In this document: positions 27,750 to 36,783 of the stretch, in pieces
Layout: each line of letters begins with the position of its first letter
Position numbering within the stretch: the stretch's first letter is position 1
NCBI GenBank assembly: GCA_015660865.1
Contig: JACTUA010000004.1
Location: forward strand, 20,111-84,110
Length of the DNA stretch: 64,000 nt
From: Methanomicrobiales archaeon
Lineage (GTDB): Archaea > Halobacteriota > Methanomicrobia > Methanomicrobiales > JACTUA01
Direction of reading: 5' to 3'
The notes under the pieces: model-generated
Database searches by the model: none
What the model was told of the DNA's origin: nothing
What the model saw: only the letters and a program-made list of their open reading frames with translations
Position numbers and translations under genes: made by a program

Positions 27750-28718
27750 ATGGCTACTGTCGCAATCCTCGGAGCCTCGGGAAGGATGGGATCTTTTGCG
27801 GCCCACGCCATCTCACATGACCCGTACGTCGGGGAGATCCTCCTCATGGGCCGGAAAGGGGGAGAGGAGCGCCTTGACGGCCTCGCACGGGACCTTCAGG
27901 ACTCTTTTGCTGCCAGGGGGAGCGATATCCGGATCGGCTGGTCCGTGGATCTCGATGACCTCGGGGGATCGGATATCGTGGTCTGTACGGCCGGTATCCC
28001 CAGGCAGCCCGGCCAGGACCGGCTGGATCTCGCCATGGAGAACGCGCGGATTGTAGCACCTGCCGCACGGACCATCAGCCGGGTTGCCCCCGACGCTATC
28101 ATCTTCATGGTCACGAACCCGGTGGATGTTCTGACCACGGTCGCCCTGAAGGTATCCGGATTGAAGCCCGAACGGGTCTTCGGTCTCGGGACCCACCTGG
28201 ATTCCATGCGCCTGAAATTCCTCATCGCCGGGTTCTTCAAGGTCCATGTCTCCGAGGTGCACACCCGGATTATCGGTGAGCACGGGGACAGCATGGTCCC
28301 CCTCTGGTCGGCGACCACCATCGGCGGCATCCAGATCGGGAACCTGCCCGCATTCTCGAGCCTGCCCAGGGAGGAGATGATCTCAACCGTGAAGACCTCA
28401 GGTGAGCAGATCATCAGGAAGATGGGCGCGACGATGTACGGGCCGGGCGAAGCGATCGCGACCCTCGTCCACACCATCCTCGGGAACGAGAACCGGATCC
28501 TGACGGTCTCCAGGTACGTGGTGGAGGATATCCACGGTACCGGAGATATCTGCATCGGGGCGCCTGCCAGGATCAACCGGAGCGGGATCTTCCCTGTCGC
28601 TATCCGGCTGGAGGATGGGGAGGTGCAGGCCTTCCAGCGCTCGGTGGAGAAGATCCGGGGAATCACGAGAGAGGTGATGGAGCGGCTGGAGATGAAAGAT
28701 CTGCCGTGCCCTTCCTGA
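27750..28718 (+). CDS. mdh: Malate dehydrogenase (LDH-like MDH family)
   Basis: 322 aa with ILGASGRMG (Rossmann), VTNPVD, and the GEHGDS catalytic region. Confidence 0.88.
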   Translation: MATVAILGASGRMGSFAAHAISHDPYVGEILLMGRKGGEERLDGLARDLQDSFAARGSDIRIGWSVDLDDLGGSDIVVCTAGIPRQPGQDRLDLAMENARIVAPAARTISRVAPDAIIFMVTNPVDVLTTVALKVSGLKPERVFGLGTHLDSMRLKFLIAGFFKVHVSEVHTRIIGEHGDSMVPLWSATTIGGIQIGNLPAFSSLPREEMISTVKTSGEQIIRKMGATMYGPGEAIATLVHTILGNENRILTVSRYVVEDIHGTGDICIGAPARINRSGIFPVAIRLEDGEVQAFQRSVEKIRGITREVMERLEMKDLPCPS

Positions 28719-28806
28719 TAATTCCGAGAAACGAATCATCTGTATTGTTGGGCTATTTTTCTGATATTTCCTGGAGCCTTCCTGATCATCAGATCGCGGA
28801 CACGAC

Positions 28807-28963
28807 GGGGGATGCCCGCGCGGCGGCGAAAGTCCCCCAAGAGCCCAATAGTAAGAAGAATCAAACTTCTAGTCTGAAATTTTCGATTCTCACGGAATTG
28901 TTTTCTTGTGGACGCTCCTGGGGGCTTCGCCTCTGGCTCGCCCCCGCCGCTGTGGCGTCCCCC
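28807..28963. mobile_element. MITE-like element: family B inverted units flanking a ~58-nt AT-rich core
   Basis: The left unit is at 28807-28851 (GGGGGATGCCCGCGCGGCGG...CCCCCAAGAGCCCAATAG). The right unit is at 28910-28963 (GGACGCTCCTGGGGGCTTCGCCTCTGGCTCGCCCCCGCCGCTGTGGCGTCCCCC). Confidence 0.6.
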
Positions 28964-29045
28964 AGTTAGGATAGAGCCTGTCAGCAAAGGAAGTGGACCT
29001 TTAATTCATGCCTGGAACCGTCCTTCATATGCCCCGATCTACGGC

Positions 29046-29090
29046 GGGGGATGCCCGCGGCGGGGGCGGTAGTCCCCCAAGAGCCCAATA
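29046..29090. repeat. Solo family B unit
   Basis: GGGGGATGCCCGCGGCGGGGGCGGTAGTCCCCCAAGAGCCCAATA is nearly identical to 28807-28851. Confidence 0.7.
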
Positions 29091-29190
29091 AAATTAAATG
29101 GAAAATTGAACTCCGATGTCAATCCGGATAGAATTTGAAGGAGGATTTCTCCGAGAAATCAGGCAAAGTATGATAGTTAGATTTGATATC

Positions 29191-29451
29191 TCAGATCATC
29201 CGGTTTACACAAACGGTCTCAGCCTGCGAGACACCCGGGACCTCGCCGAGGGCCTTCTCCACGGCGTCGGTCCCGCCCTCCTCGTCATTAACGATGACCG
29301 CGATCTTGAGGGCTTTCAGGCCGAAGGCGATGGGCTCGACACCAACGTCCTGGATCGACGGGACCTTCTTCTTTAAGTCTGCCTCGAGCTTCGTCATGTC
29401 CACGTCCGCCGATTCGGGCAGGATGCGGACGAGGGCGACTACCTTTCCCAT
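29191..29451 (-). CDS. ef1b: Elongation factor 1-beta (aEF-1B)
   Basis: 86 aa with MGKVVALVRILPES...IAFGLKAL typical of aEF-1-beta. Confidence 0.9.
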   Translation of the reverse strand: MGKVVALVRILPESADVDMTKLEADLKKKVPSIQDVGVEPIAFGLKALKIAVIVNDEEGGTDAVEKALGEVPGVSQAETVCVNRMI

Positions 29452-29454
29452 CCC

Positions 29455-29616
29455 TTACGGCCCCCAGAATCCGCACTTCGGGCAGACATACGGGACGCTC
29501 TGCATTCTGCAGCGGACACACCTGCGGATGACGGTCTTGCACTCGGGGCACCCGAACTCCGCAGCCCCCTGCACCGCAAGGGGGGCGCTGCAGGAGGTAC
29601 ACTTCTTGCTCTCCAT
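29455..29616 (-). CDS. Zn-ribbon protein (COG2888-like, usually upstream of aEF-1-beta); 53 aa, below the ORF-track cutoff
   Basis: Hand translation gives MESKKCTSCSAPLAVQGAAEFGCPECKTVIRRCVRCRMQSVPYVCPKCGFWGP*, with four CxxC pairs. The stop lies 3 nt before the ef1b start. Confidence 0.65.
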   Translation of the reverse strand: MESKKCTSCSAPLAVQGAAEFGCPECKTVIRRCVRCRMQSVPYVCPKCGFWGP

Positions 29617-29661
29617 TCACCGACTCCCAAAGGATTCTTTATAATCTAACCCTTCCGGGAA

Positions 29662-30309
29662 TTAAAGCCTTGGTTCGATGACCGTCCCTGGTACCTCCCT
29701 CCCGTTCAGGAAGTCTCCGACCCTGCCTTCTACCCGACCGTTCAGGATGGTGGTCCTCACCTGGTGGGCGAGGGCGAAGGGGATGAGGCACGGGTCCACC
29801 TCGTCGCAGGTGAGGGGTTCCGTGATCCGGGGAATGAGAGCCCCTTCCCTCGTTATCCCGTCCACCGACTTGAGGAGGAGGAGATCGATCCCGAGCTCCG
29901 AGGCCACCCATGCCGCGATGGTATCCGAGGTGACATCCCACGCATGGGGCAGGGGATCCCGTTCCCGCAGGATGCGGTAGGGAAGGAGTATCTCTGCCCT
30001 CGCGGGAAGAGAGAGATCGTGGGTGACCGGAAGCCCCCCCGCGGCCATGTACCAGCCGAACTGGTCCATGGCGAGGATCGCCATCCAGTGGGCCGGTTCA
30101 TCCGGTAGATTCATCGACCTGACCAGCCGTGCAAAGGGGCCACCTCCCGGAACGACAACCAGGGCTCGCCCTGACTTCTTCAGGAGAGAGACAATACCCC
30201 CTGCTTCCGGGAAGAGGCTTCCCCCGACCTTCACCACCAGAGCCCGATCTGCAGGGTCCATGCTCAAGAGATCGATCGCGTTCTTCATAAAAGAGGAGGG
30301 CGTACTCAT
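29662..30309 (-). CDS. mfnE: Amino-acid kinase family protein, probable [5-(aminomethyl)furan-3-yl]methyl phosphate kinase (MfnE-like)
   Basis: Small aspartate/glutamate/uridylate-kinase fold (VVKVGGSLF..., VVVPGGGPFA). The true start may be the internal ATG at 30288 or 30261, because the start at 30309 is only 5 nt from the divergent PLD gene. Confidence 0.65.
   Translation of the reverse strand: MSTPSSFMKNAIDLLSMDPADRALVVKVGGSLFPEAGGIVSLLKKSGRALVVVPGGGPFARLVRSMNLPDEPAHWMAILAMDQFGWYMAAGGLPVTHDLSLPARAEILLPYRILRERDPLPHAWDVTSDTIAAWVASELGIDLLLLKSVDGITREGALIPRITEPLTCDEVDPCLIPFALAHQVRTTILNGRVEGRVGDFLNGREVPGTVIEPRL
30284..30293. promoter_or_regulatory. Possible shared bidirectional TATA element between the mfnE-like and PLD genes
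   Basis: TTCATAAAAG (reverse complement CTTTTATGAA) lies about 25 nt from the ATG at 30315 (+) and about 27 nt from the ATG at 30261 (-). Confidence 0.3.
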
Positions 30310-30314
30310 CCGTG

Positions 30315-31979
30315 ATGCGCAGGATCCTCATTCTCCTCCTTATCCTCTTCATCACCCTCTCATCGGCATCCGCCATCAGGATTGTTGAGTTCTGCCCCGA
30401 TACCTACCTTCCTCGCGACGCGGATGCCTATCTCGTCCTCGAAGGGACCGGGTCTCTTGCCAATGTAACCATCTCTGATGGGGAAGGCTCAATTGCCTTC
30501 CCCCCGGGAGCGCGTGTCGAGGGGCGGGTGACGGTGGCGGACGAGGCCCTTGCATTCAGGACGACCCATGGCACCCTCCCGGATTTCGAGCTGAAGGAGA
30601 CCACCCCCGCCGTTCCCAACATGGTGAAGGCGGGCCGCTTCTCACCCGCAAACAACGGAGATGAACTCGACCTCTCGGTCAACGGTCAGGTCATCCAGTC
30701 GGTACGCTGGCCGGGAGATCTCCAACCGCGTGAGGGGCAGGTCCACTTCCTCTCGGACACGGGATGGGACCCCCGAATCCTCCTCCTCGGCCAGTCCCGG
30801 TTTTCGCCTGCGACCTTCAGGAACGCGACCGTGACCGCCTTTGTCTCCCCCGACTCATCGTTCGGCGTCCTCGAGAATGCCATCTGGGGTGCCCGGCAGG
30901 AGATCCTGGTGAACGCCTACGAGCTGTCGCACCCCGGTATCGGAGATCTCCTCGCCGCGGCCAGGCGGCGCGGGGTCTCGGTGCAGGTCCTTCTCGAAGG
31001 CGGGCCGGTGGGTGGAATCAGCCCCGGCGAGGAGGCGGTCTGTGCCGGCCTCAACCGGAGCGGTATCCCCCTGGAGATGATGACCACCACGGCGGCCGCC
31101 CATGCCCGGTTCCGGTACGATCATGCAAAATACCTAGTGATAGACGGACAGGACCTGCTCATCTCGACCGAGAACTTCGGGGTCACCGGTTACCCGCCGC
31201 CCGGTTCCCGGGGGAACCGCGGATGGGGGGCCTTTATCGAGGATCCGGGGGTTGCCGGTTATTTCAGGGAGGTCTTCCTTGCTGATATTCACGGCGGAGA
31301 CGTGATTCCGTATACCCCGCCATCACGGGAGACTGCGGCGCCCTCACTCCTTCCCTACCAGGTGATGTTCCCGTCCCTCCGGGCGACGAATGCCAGCGTT
31401 ACCCCCATCCTCTCCCCGGATACGAGCGGGGAGGTCCTCTCCCTCCTTGCCCGTGCAAAGGAGCGGATCGAAATAGAGCAGGCATCCATCAGGAACGCTT
31501 CGGGGAAACAGCTTGATCCATTTCTCTCAGCGGCGGTGAATGCCTCGCGGCGCGGGGTGACCGTGAGGATTATCCTCGACGGAAGCAGGTACAATGATGA
31601 AGGACCCGCAGATAACAACGAGATGGTGGACCTGGTAAACGCCCTTGCCCACCGGGAAGGCCTTCCCATCTCTGCCCGGATTATGGATCCCGGGTCAGCC
31701 AACCTTGAGGCGATCCATACCAAGGGGGTCGTCGTGGACAGGCGACTTGTGCTCATCTCCTCGATTAACTGGAACGGGAACTCCCCGAACTTCAACCGCG
31801 AGGCCGGCGTGATCCTCGAGAACGCCGCCCTCGGGGGCTACTTCTCCTCGGTCTTTGAGGAGGACTGGAACCGGGCGGGCGCTGGAGCCGGCCCGGTCGG
31901 ACCGGATCCGGTGAAGCTCGCTATCGTCGGCCTGGTCGTTGTCATTCTCCTTCTCCTCTTCCTGAGGAGGAGGCAATGA
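30315..31979 (+). CDS. Secreted/membrane-anchored phospholipase D-family protein with N-terminal lamin-tail-like domain
   Basis: It has an N-terminal signal/TM (RRILILLLILFITLSSASA) and a tentative LTD-like beta-rich region. Two HKD motifs are present (HAKYLVIDGQDLLISTEN and HTKGVVVDRRLVLISSINWN), plus a C-terminal TM (LAIVGLVVVILLLLFL). Confidence 0.8.
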   Translation: MRRILILLLILFITLSSASAIRIVEFCPDTYLPRDADAYLVLEGTGSLANVTISDGEGSIAFPPGARVEGRVTVADEALAFRTTHGTLPDFELKETTPAVPNMVKAGRFSPANNGDELDLSVNGQVIQSVRWPGDLQPREGQVHFLSDTGWDPRILLLGQSRFSPATFRNATVTAFVSPDSSFGVLENAIWGARQEILVNAYELSHPGIGDLLAAARRRGVSVQVLLEGGPVGGISPGEEAVCAGLNRSGIPLEMMTTTAAAHARFRYDHAKYLVIDGQDLLISTENFGVTGYPPPGSRGNRGWGAFIEDPGVAGYFREVFLADIHGGDVIPYTPPSRETAAPSLLPYQVMFPSLRATNASVTPILSPDTSGEVLSLLARAKERIEIEQASIRNASGKQLDPFLSAAVNASRRGVTVRIILDGSRYNDEGPADNNEMVDLVNALAHREGLPISARIMDPGSANLEAIHTKGVVVDRRLVLISSINWNGNSPNFNREAGVILENAALGGYFSSVFEEDWNRAGAGAGPVGPDPVKLAIVGLVVVILLLLFLRRRQ

Positions 31980-32048
31980 ACCCTCTGTCAAACGAAACAT
32001 TGCAGCAGCCAGAAAAATTACGCGGCTTGAGGTGAATCCTGGAATCCC

Positions 32049-32061
32049 GAATTTATATATT
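32049..32061 (+). promoter_or_regulatory. BRE/TATA-like box (GAATTTATATATT)
   Basis: It ends only 8 nt before the ATG at 32069, which implies that the DUF2061 gene really starts at the in-frame GTG at 32102. Confidence 0.4.
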
Positions 32062-32068
32062 CGGCCCC

Positions 32069-32326
32069 ATGCAATGCATCCACCAGAAGGGGTGTACTCC
32101 CGTGGTATCAGGGATCTTTAAGGAGTATCTGGGCCGGTCCGTGGTCAAGGCTGTCAGCTACCGGATTATCGTAGTGGCCGCGGACTTCGCAGCGGTGTAT
32201 CTCTTCACGAGCCGGGTGGATATAGCCCTGGGTTTCGTGGTAGTCAGCAACATCTACACCTCGGTCCTCTACCTCCTCCATGAGCGGTTCTGGGACAGGG
32301 TGGCATGGGGGAGGGGGGTAAGCTAG
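32069..32326 (+). CDS. DUF2061 family small membrane protein
   Basis: VKAVSYRIIVVAADFAAVYLFT...LYLLHERFWDRV matches the DUF2061 pattern. The likely true start is GTG 32102. Confidence 0.65.
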   Translation: MQCIHQKGCTPVVSGIFKEYLGRSVVKAVSYRIIVVAADFAAVYLFTSRVDIALGFVVVSNIYTSVLYLLHERFWDRVAWGRGVS

Positions 32327-32342
32327 GCGATCCGGATCCTCG

Positions 32343-32352
32343 GAATTTATAT
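32343..32352 (+). promoter_or_regulatory. BRE/TATA-like box (GAATTTATAT)
   Basis: It is centred about 29 nt upstream of GTG 32377, consistent with a leaderless transcript. The same decamer occurs at 32049. Confidence 0.4.
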
Positions 32353-32376
32353 CCCCCTCCACCGATACCTCCCTTC

Positions 32377-32748
32377 GTGCTCGAGAGGCAGGAGCGCACG
32401 GCCCTCATCCTCCTCATCACCGTCCTTGCCATCCTCTTCGCAGGCCACCTCATCCTCACTGCCCTCGGAAATGCACCCTTTGCAGCCCCGTACAGCGAGA
32501 GCTCACGCGAAGGGGATCTCGTCGTTGTCGTCGGAGTTGTGGAAGGGATCACCCCGACCTCCACCGGTGGCCACCTGCTTCTGTCGGTGAACGGCACGAG
32601 GGTCTTCCTACCCTCGCCAGCCTCCAAAGAGGTCAGCCTCCAGGTAAACGAGACCGTCCGGATTTACGGGATCGTCCAGGTCTACGAGGGAAAGAAAGAA
32701 GTGGTGGTGAGGAGTGCAAGCGATGTACAGAAGGATCTGTTCCCGTAG
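32377..32748 (+). CDS. Membrane-anchored OB-fold-like hypothetical protein
   Basis: In-frame GTG of track ORF 32305..32748. It has an N-terminal TM (TALILLITVLAILFAGHLILTAL) and a beta-rich C-terminal region (LVVVVGVVEGI...VRIYGIVQVYEGKKEVVV). Confidence 0.5.
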   Translation: MLERQERTALILLITVLAILFAGHLILTALGNAPFAAPYSESSREGDLVVVVGVVEGITPTSTGGHLLLSVNGTRVFLPSPASKEVSLQVNETVRIYGIVQVYEGKKEVVVRSASDVQKDLFP

Positions 32749-32934
32749 TGTTCTCCCGGCGGACGGACTGTCATCGTATTCATGATCACGAGATCTCCCC
32801 TTCACCTGCTCCCAATTCCACCGGAAAAAGTCCTTTCAACCATGAAATGAAACCGGGACTCAAGGATAAAGGATTTTTACTATATAGACTTTAGATACTG
32901 TATAGGCAGTCCCTAACCCGGAGGAAGGCGATTT

Positions 32935-35004
32935 ATGGCAGAGCAGCATAGGCAGACAAAGGATTATTTCTGGTTCGTCGTGATCTTTGGCACGACAGGC
33001 GCGGCCCTCACGGCGACCCTGGTTGGCCTGAGGCACGGCATCTTTGATGTCTTTCCCCACCTCTACTATTTCCCCATCATTATCGTCGCATACCTCTACC
33101 CACGGAGGGGGGTTATTTTTTCGGTTCTCCTCGGCGGGATCTATCTCTTCCTCATGTACGCCTTCGCCTTCGGGAATACAAATGCTCTGGCAGCCGGGAC
33201 TGTTCATTTCTATGTCTTCGTCACCGTAGGGTTCATCGCCTCAAGCCTCTCCGGGAAACTGCAGGAATCGGAGGCCAAATTCCGGGACATCACCGAGAAT
33301 TCCCCCCTGGGCATCTACCTGACCGAGAGGGGGAAGTTCCGGTACGTGAACCCCCGCTTTGCCGAGATCCACGGGTACGGACCAGACGAGATGCCGGGCC
33401 ATATGGGGCTCGAAAACCTGGTGCACCCCGATGACTGGCAGGTGATGCGGGAGCAGTTCCGCAAGCTGGACGAGGGTGATGAGAAGCCCTTCAAGTCCCT
33501 GGTCCGGACCCTGACCAAGGACGGGAGGACTATCTGGGTGGAGATCCTGGGGTCCCGGATCACCTACCAGAACCGTCCTGCCTACATGGGCACCCTCATG
33601 GACGTGACCGAGCTGAAGCAGACCCGGGACGCCCTCGCCGAGAGCGAGGCGCGGCTTCGGACGCTCATCGAGTCCATCGGGGCCGGAGTCCTGGTCGTGG
33701 ACCCCGCAAGCCACCTGATCACCGACGTGAACCCCGCGGCCGCCGCCATGATCGGGGCCCCGAAGGAGGAGATAGTCGGCAAGGTCTGCCACCGGTTCAT
33801 CTGCCCCGTGGAGGAGGGGAACTGCCCGGTCACCGATCTCGGGGAGAATATCGACCATGCCGAGCGGGTGCTCCTCCAGGCCGACGGCAACCGCCGCCCC
33901 ATCATCAAGACCGTTGTTTCCGTGAACCTCGGGGGGCGCCCGTACCTCCTGGAGACCTTCCTCGACATCTCCGAGCGGCAGAAGGCCGAGGTGGCCCTCC
34001 GTGAGTCGGAGAAGCGGTACCGGACCCTCTTTGACTCTGCAAGCGACGCCATCTTCATCCAGGACCTCGCGGGGCACTTCCTTGAGGTGAACCGGGCAGC
34101 CTGCGACCAGCTCGGGTTCACCCGGGACGAGTTCCTGAAGATGGACCCCCGGGATATCGAGGCGCCCCCGTTCCAGGGCCTCCTCATGGACTGGATCGAC
34201 GAGGTGAAGAACGGGGGTTTCCTGGAGATGATGCGGGGCGGCCGCTCCACCTTCGACACCGTCCATATGAGGAAGAACGGGAGCTATGTGCCGGTCGAGA
34301 TCAGCTGCCGGTTCATAGAGTTCGAGAATAAATCGGCCCTCCTCCTCATCGCGAGGGATATCACCGAGCGGAGGCGGATGGAGGGGATCCGGGCCCTCCT
34401 CGCTTCCATCGTTCAGTCATCCGAGGAGGCCATCATCAGCACAGAGCTGGATGGGACCGTGGTGAGCTGGAACCCCGGCGCTGAAGCCATTTATGGATAT
34501 ATGGAAGCCGAGATGAAGGGGCAGCCCATGTCCCGGATCGTACCGCCGGAGCTCCACCCCGAGATGATCGACGTCCTCGACCGGCTGGCGCACGGGGAGC
34601 GGATCCAGCATTACGAGACCGTACGGCTCCGGAAGGACGGGAGCCGGGTGGAGGTCTCCCTCTCCGTTGCCCAGCTCAAGGATGCCAACGGGCAGGTCAT
34701 CGGGACTGCGACCATTGCACGGGACATCACCCAGACGAAGGAGGCGGAGCGGGCCCTCCTCGCCTTCATCAACGAGGCCGCGATGCGCCTCCGTCACCCG
34801 GTGGAGATCGTCCACGACCAGCTCAAGGAGATGCAGCAGCAGGTGGGCAGGGGGGAGATCACTCCCGAGGATCTCAAGATACTCCTCTCGGTGCAGATCA
34901 AGAACACCGAGCAGATCATCGAGAACCTCAACTACCTGAACCGCGCCATCCTCCAGGGTAAGATAGACATACCTGATTCGCACCGGAGGTACCTCACGAG
35001 GTAG
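32935..35004 (+). CDS. Membrane-bound multi-PAS sensor protein without a recognisable HATPase domain
   Basis: 689 aa. An N-terminal ~100-aa polytopic membrane region is followed by four PAS/PAC-like modules with repeated patterns ending in DVTE/DISER/DITER/DITQ plus K/R. The C-terminus is a coiled DHp-like segment (MRLRHPVEIVHDQL), and no N/G1/G2 ATP-binding boxes are present. Confidence 0.8.
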   Translation: MAEQHRQTKDYFWFVVIFGTTGAALTATLVGLRHGIFDVFPHLYYFPIIIVAYLYPRRGVIFSVLLGGIYLFLMYAFAFGNTNALAAGTVHFYVFVTVGFIASSLSGKLQESEAKFRDITENSPLGIYLTERGKFRYVNPRFAEIHGYGPDEMPGHMGLENLVHPDDWQVMREQFRKLDEGDEKPFKSLVRTLTKDGRTIWVEILGSRITYQNRPAYMGTLMDVTELKQTRDALAESEARLRTLIESIGAGVLVVDPASHLITDVNPAAAAMIGAPKEEIVGKVCHRFICPVEEGNCPVTDLGENIDHAERVLLQADGNRRPIIKTVVSVNLGGRPYLLETFLDISERQKAEVALRESEKRYRTLFDSASDAIFIQDLAGHFLEVNRAACDQLGFTRDEFLKMDPRDIEAPPFQGLLMDWIDEVKNGGFLEMMRGGRSTFDTVHMRKNGSYVPVEISCRFIEFENKSALLLIARDITERRRMEGIRALLASIVQSSEEAIISTELDGTVVSWNPGAEAIYGYMEAEMKGQPMSRIVPPELHPEMIDVLDRLAHGERIQHYETVRLRKDGSRVEVSLSVAQLKDANGQVIGTATIARDITQTKEAERALLAFINEAAMRLRHPVEIVHDQLKEMQQQVGRGEITPEDLKILLSVQIKNTEQIIENLNYLNRAILQGKIDIPDSHRRYLTR

Positions 35005-35015
35005 CGGGGCCTTTG

Positions 35016-35714
35016 ATGACGTTCTCCTTCGACAGGCTGGATAAGGACAAAATCTACCTCTGCCTCTCGTCAGCCGAGCGGCTGCGGGAGAACAGCAGCG
35101 GTATCATCAGGAGCCTGCTCTCCAGAGGCTACCTGGTGATCGTGATAACCACGAACCAGCCCTACGCCATCCTGAAGAAGGCCTATGAAAAGGACGGTAT
35201 CGACCTCTCCCGGGTGGGATTCATCGACGCCATCACCCGGTATGCCGTCGGAGAGGTGCCTGCAGGGGCCAAAGGGGTGCGGTTCACGAGCAGCCCCTCG
35301 GACCTCACCCAGCTCGGGATCGCCATCTCCGACTCCCTCAAGGACATGGGAGGGAGGAAGGCGGCCATCCTCCTCGATTCCGTCTCAACCATGCTCATCT
35401 ACCTCCCCTCGACAAACCTCTCCAAGTTTATCCATTTCGTCTCGAGCAAGCTGAAGATCCTGGACATGGCGGGCATCTTCCTCGCGGTGGAGGATGGCCT
35501 CGACCCAACCCTCCTCTCGCAGCTCACCACCTTTGTGGATCGGGTGGTGAATATGGACAGGGAACAGGATACCTCCCCGCCATCGCCTCCACAACCGCCA
35601 TCTCCACCGTCACCCCCGCCACCCAGGCCCCCCTCGTCATCCACGCCCCCGCCGCCCGCACAGCCATCTTCCCAACCTCCCCAGCCACCACGCCGGCAGC
35701 CGCCGCCCTATTGA
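35016..35714 (+). CDS. KaiC/RecA-fold-like protein lacking Walker A, with Pro-rich C-terminal tail
   Basis: ~170-aa domain with a KaiC-like beta-alpha layout (VIVITTNQPY..., AILLDSVSTMLIY, GIFLAVEDG) but no GxxGxGK[ST] motif. A ~55-aa tail follows that is almost only P/S/Q. It starts 9 nt after the PAS gene stop. Confidence 0.55.
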   Translation: MTFSFDRLDKDKIYLCLSSAERLRENSSGIIRSLLSRGYLVIVITTNQPYAILKKAYEKDGIDLSRVGFIDAITRYAVGEVPAGAKGVRFTSSPSDLTQLGIAISDSLKDMGGRKAAILLDSVSTMLIYLPSTNLSKFIHFVSSKLKILDMAGIFLAVEDGLDPTLLSQLTTFVDRVVNMDREQDTSPPSPPQPPSPPSPPPPRPPSSSTPPPPAQPSSQPPQPPRRQPPPY

Positions 35715-35798
35715 GACAGGGACGAGGGAATCCCCCTCCCAGGGTGAACGGAAGGACAGCGATTATTTCAACCCCCGGGTAAAACCTCTCCCTCAGTC

Positions 35799-36731
35799 AT
35801 GGAGATCGTCTCGGTCATCCTGATCATCACCGGCCTCTGCCTCTTCGAGACCATCTCCTCGATCGACAATGCCATCGTGAACGCCGAGGTCCTCTCCACG
35901 ATGGGCGAGCGTGCCCGCCGCTGGTTCCTCACCTTCGGTCTCATCATCGCGGTCTTCATCGTCCGCGGGCTCCTCCCCTGGTTCATCGTCTGGTTCACCA
36001 CCCCCTCGCTCGGTCCCGTCGGGGCCCTCACCGCCGCCTTCTCGAGCGACCCGCAGGTACTCGCCGCGGTCGGGAGCTCGGCCCCCGTCCTCCTCATCGG
36101 GGGCGGCACCTTCCTCGTCTTCCTCTTCTTCCACTGGCTCTTCCTGGAGGAGAAGCACTTCGGCCTCCGGGGCGAGCGCTACATACGCGAGAGGGGGGTC
36201 TGGTTCTACGCTATCGTTTCCATCCTCCTCGCACTCATCGTCTGGCTGGCCCTCCAGAAAGAGCCCCTCATGGCCTTCGGGGCGGTGATCGGATCGAGCG
36301 CCTTCTTCATCGTCCACGGCTTCCGGCAGAACGCCGAGGTACAGGAGAGGAGCCTCATGGACCGGAGCCTCTCCGATCTCTCCAAGATCTTCTACCTGGA
36401 GGTCATCGATGCCACCTTCTCCGTCGACGGTGTTCTCGGGGCGTTCGCCTTCACCCTCTCGGTCCCGCTCATCATCCTGGGGAACGGCCTCGGGGCCTTC
36501 GTCGTGCGGGAGCTCACCATCGGGAACATCGACCGAATCAGGCGCTATATCTACCTGAAGAACGGGGCGATGTACTCCATCCTGGCACTCGGGGCCATCA
36601 TGATCCTGGACAGCTTCGGGATCGGGATCCCGGGCTACCTCTCCCCTCTCGTCACCTTCGGGGTGGTGGGGTACTTCCTTCTGAAATCGCGCCGTGTTGC
36701 CCTGGCCGTCGAAAGGGACGGGGCGGCCTGA
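35799..36731 (+). CDS. DUF475 family integral membrane protein (TerC-related)
   Basis: 310 aa polytopic protein. The motifs ETISSIDNAIVNAEVL and EVIDATFSVDGVLGAFAFT are characteristic of DUF475. Confidence 0.78.
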   Translation: MEIVSVILIITGLCLFETISSIDNAIVNAEVLSTMGERARRWFLTFGLIIAVFIVRGLLPWFIVWFTTPSLGPVGALTAAFSSDPQVLAAVGSSAPVLLIGGGTFLVFLFFHWLFLEEKHFGLRGERYIRERGVWFYAIVSILLALIVWLALQKEPLMAFGAVIGSSAFFIVHGFRQNAEVQERSLMDRSLSDLSKIFYLEVIDATFSVDGVLGAFAFTLSVPLIILGNGLGAFVVRELTIGNIDRIRRYIYLKNGAMYSILALGAIMILDSFGIGIPGYLSPLVTFGVVGYFLLKSRRVALAVERDGAA

Positions 36732-36783
36732 GGCAGGAAGGCTGCCTCGAAAGGGATTTGTGTCATGGGGGGGAGATCCTTCT

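Noticed and set aside
27459-28056. ORFs 27459-27806(-), 27524-27820(+) and 27526-28056(+).
   Set aside because: They overlap the SRP RNA, which has conserved 5' domain and helix-8 motifs and terminal pairing, and they overlap the mdh start. Their translations are Gly/Arg/Pro-rich with no coding signature.
28706-29376. Small ORFs 28706-28969(+), 28736-28987(-) and 29116-29376(+).
   Set aside because: The first two are translations of the family B repeat element. The third is antisense to the well-conserved ef1b gene.
35540-35714. The Pro/Ser-rich tail of the KaiC-like gene might be a frameshift or sequencing artefact, or a separate gene.
   Set aside because: The frame is continuous from the structured domain. 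The antisense and alternative frames (35385-35644) give no better product, and the tail ends at a clean stop before the next gene's promoter region. It is kept as part of the CDS but flagged in the findings.
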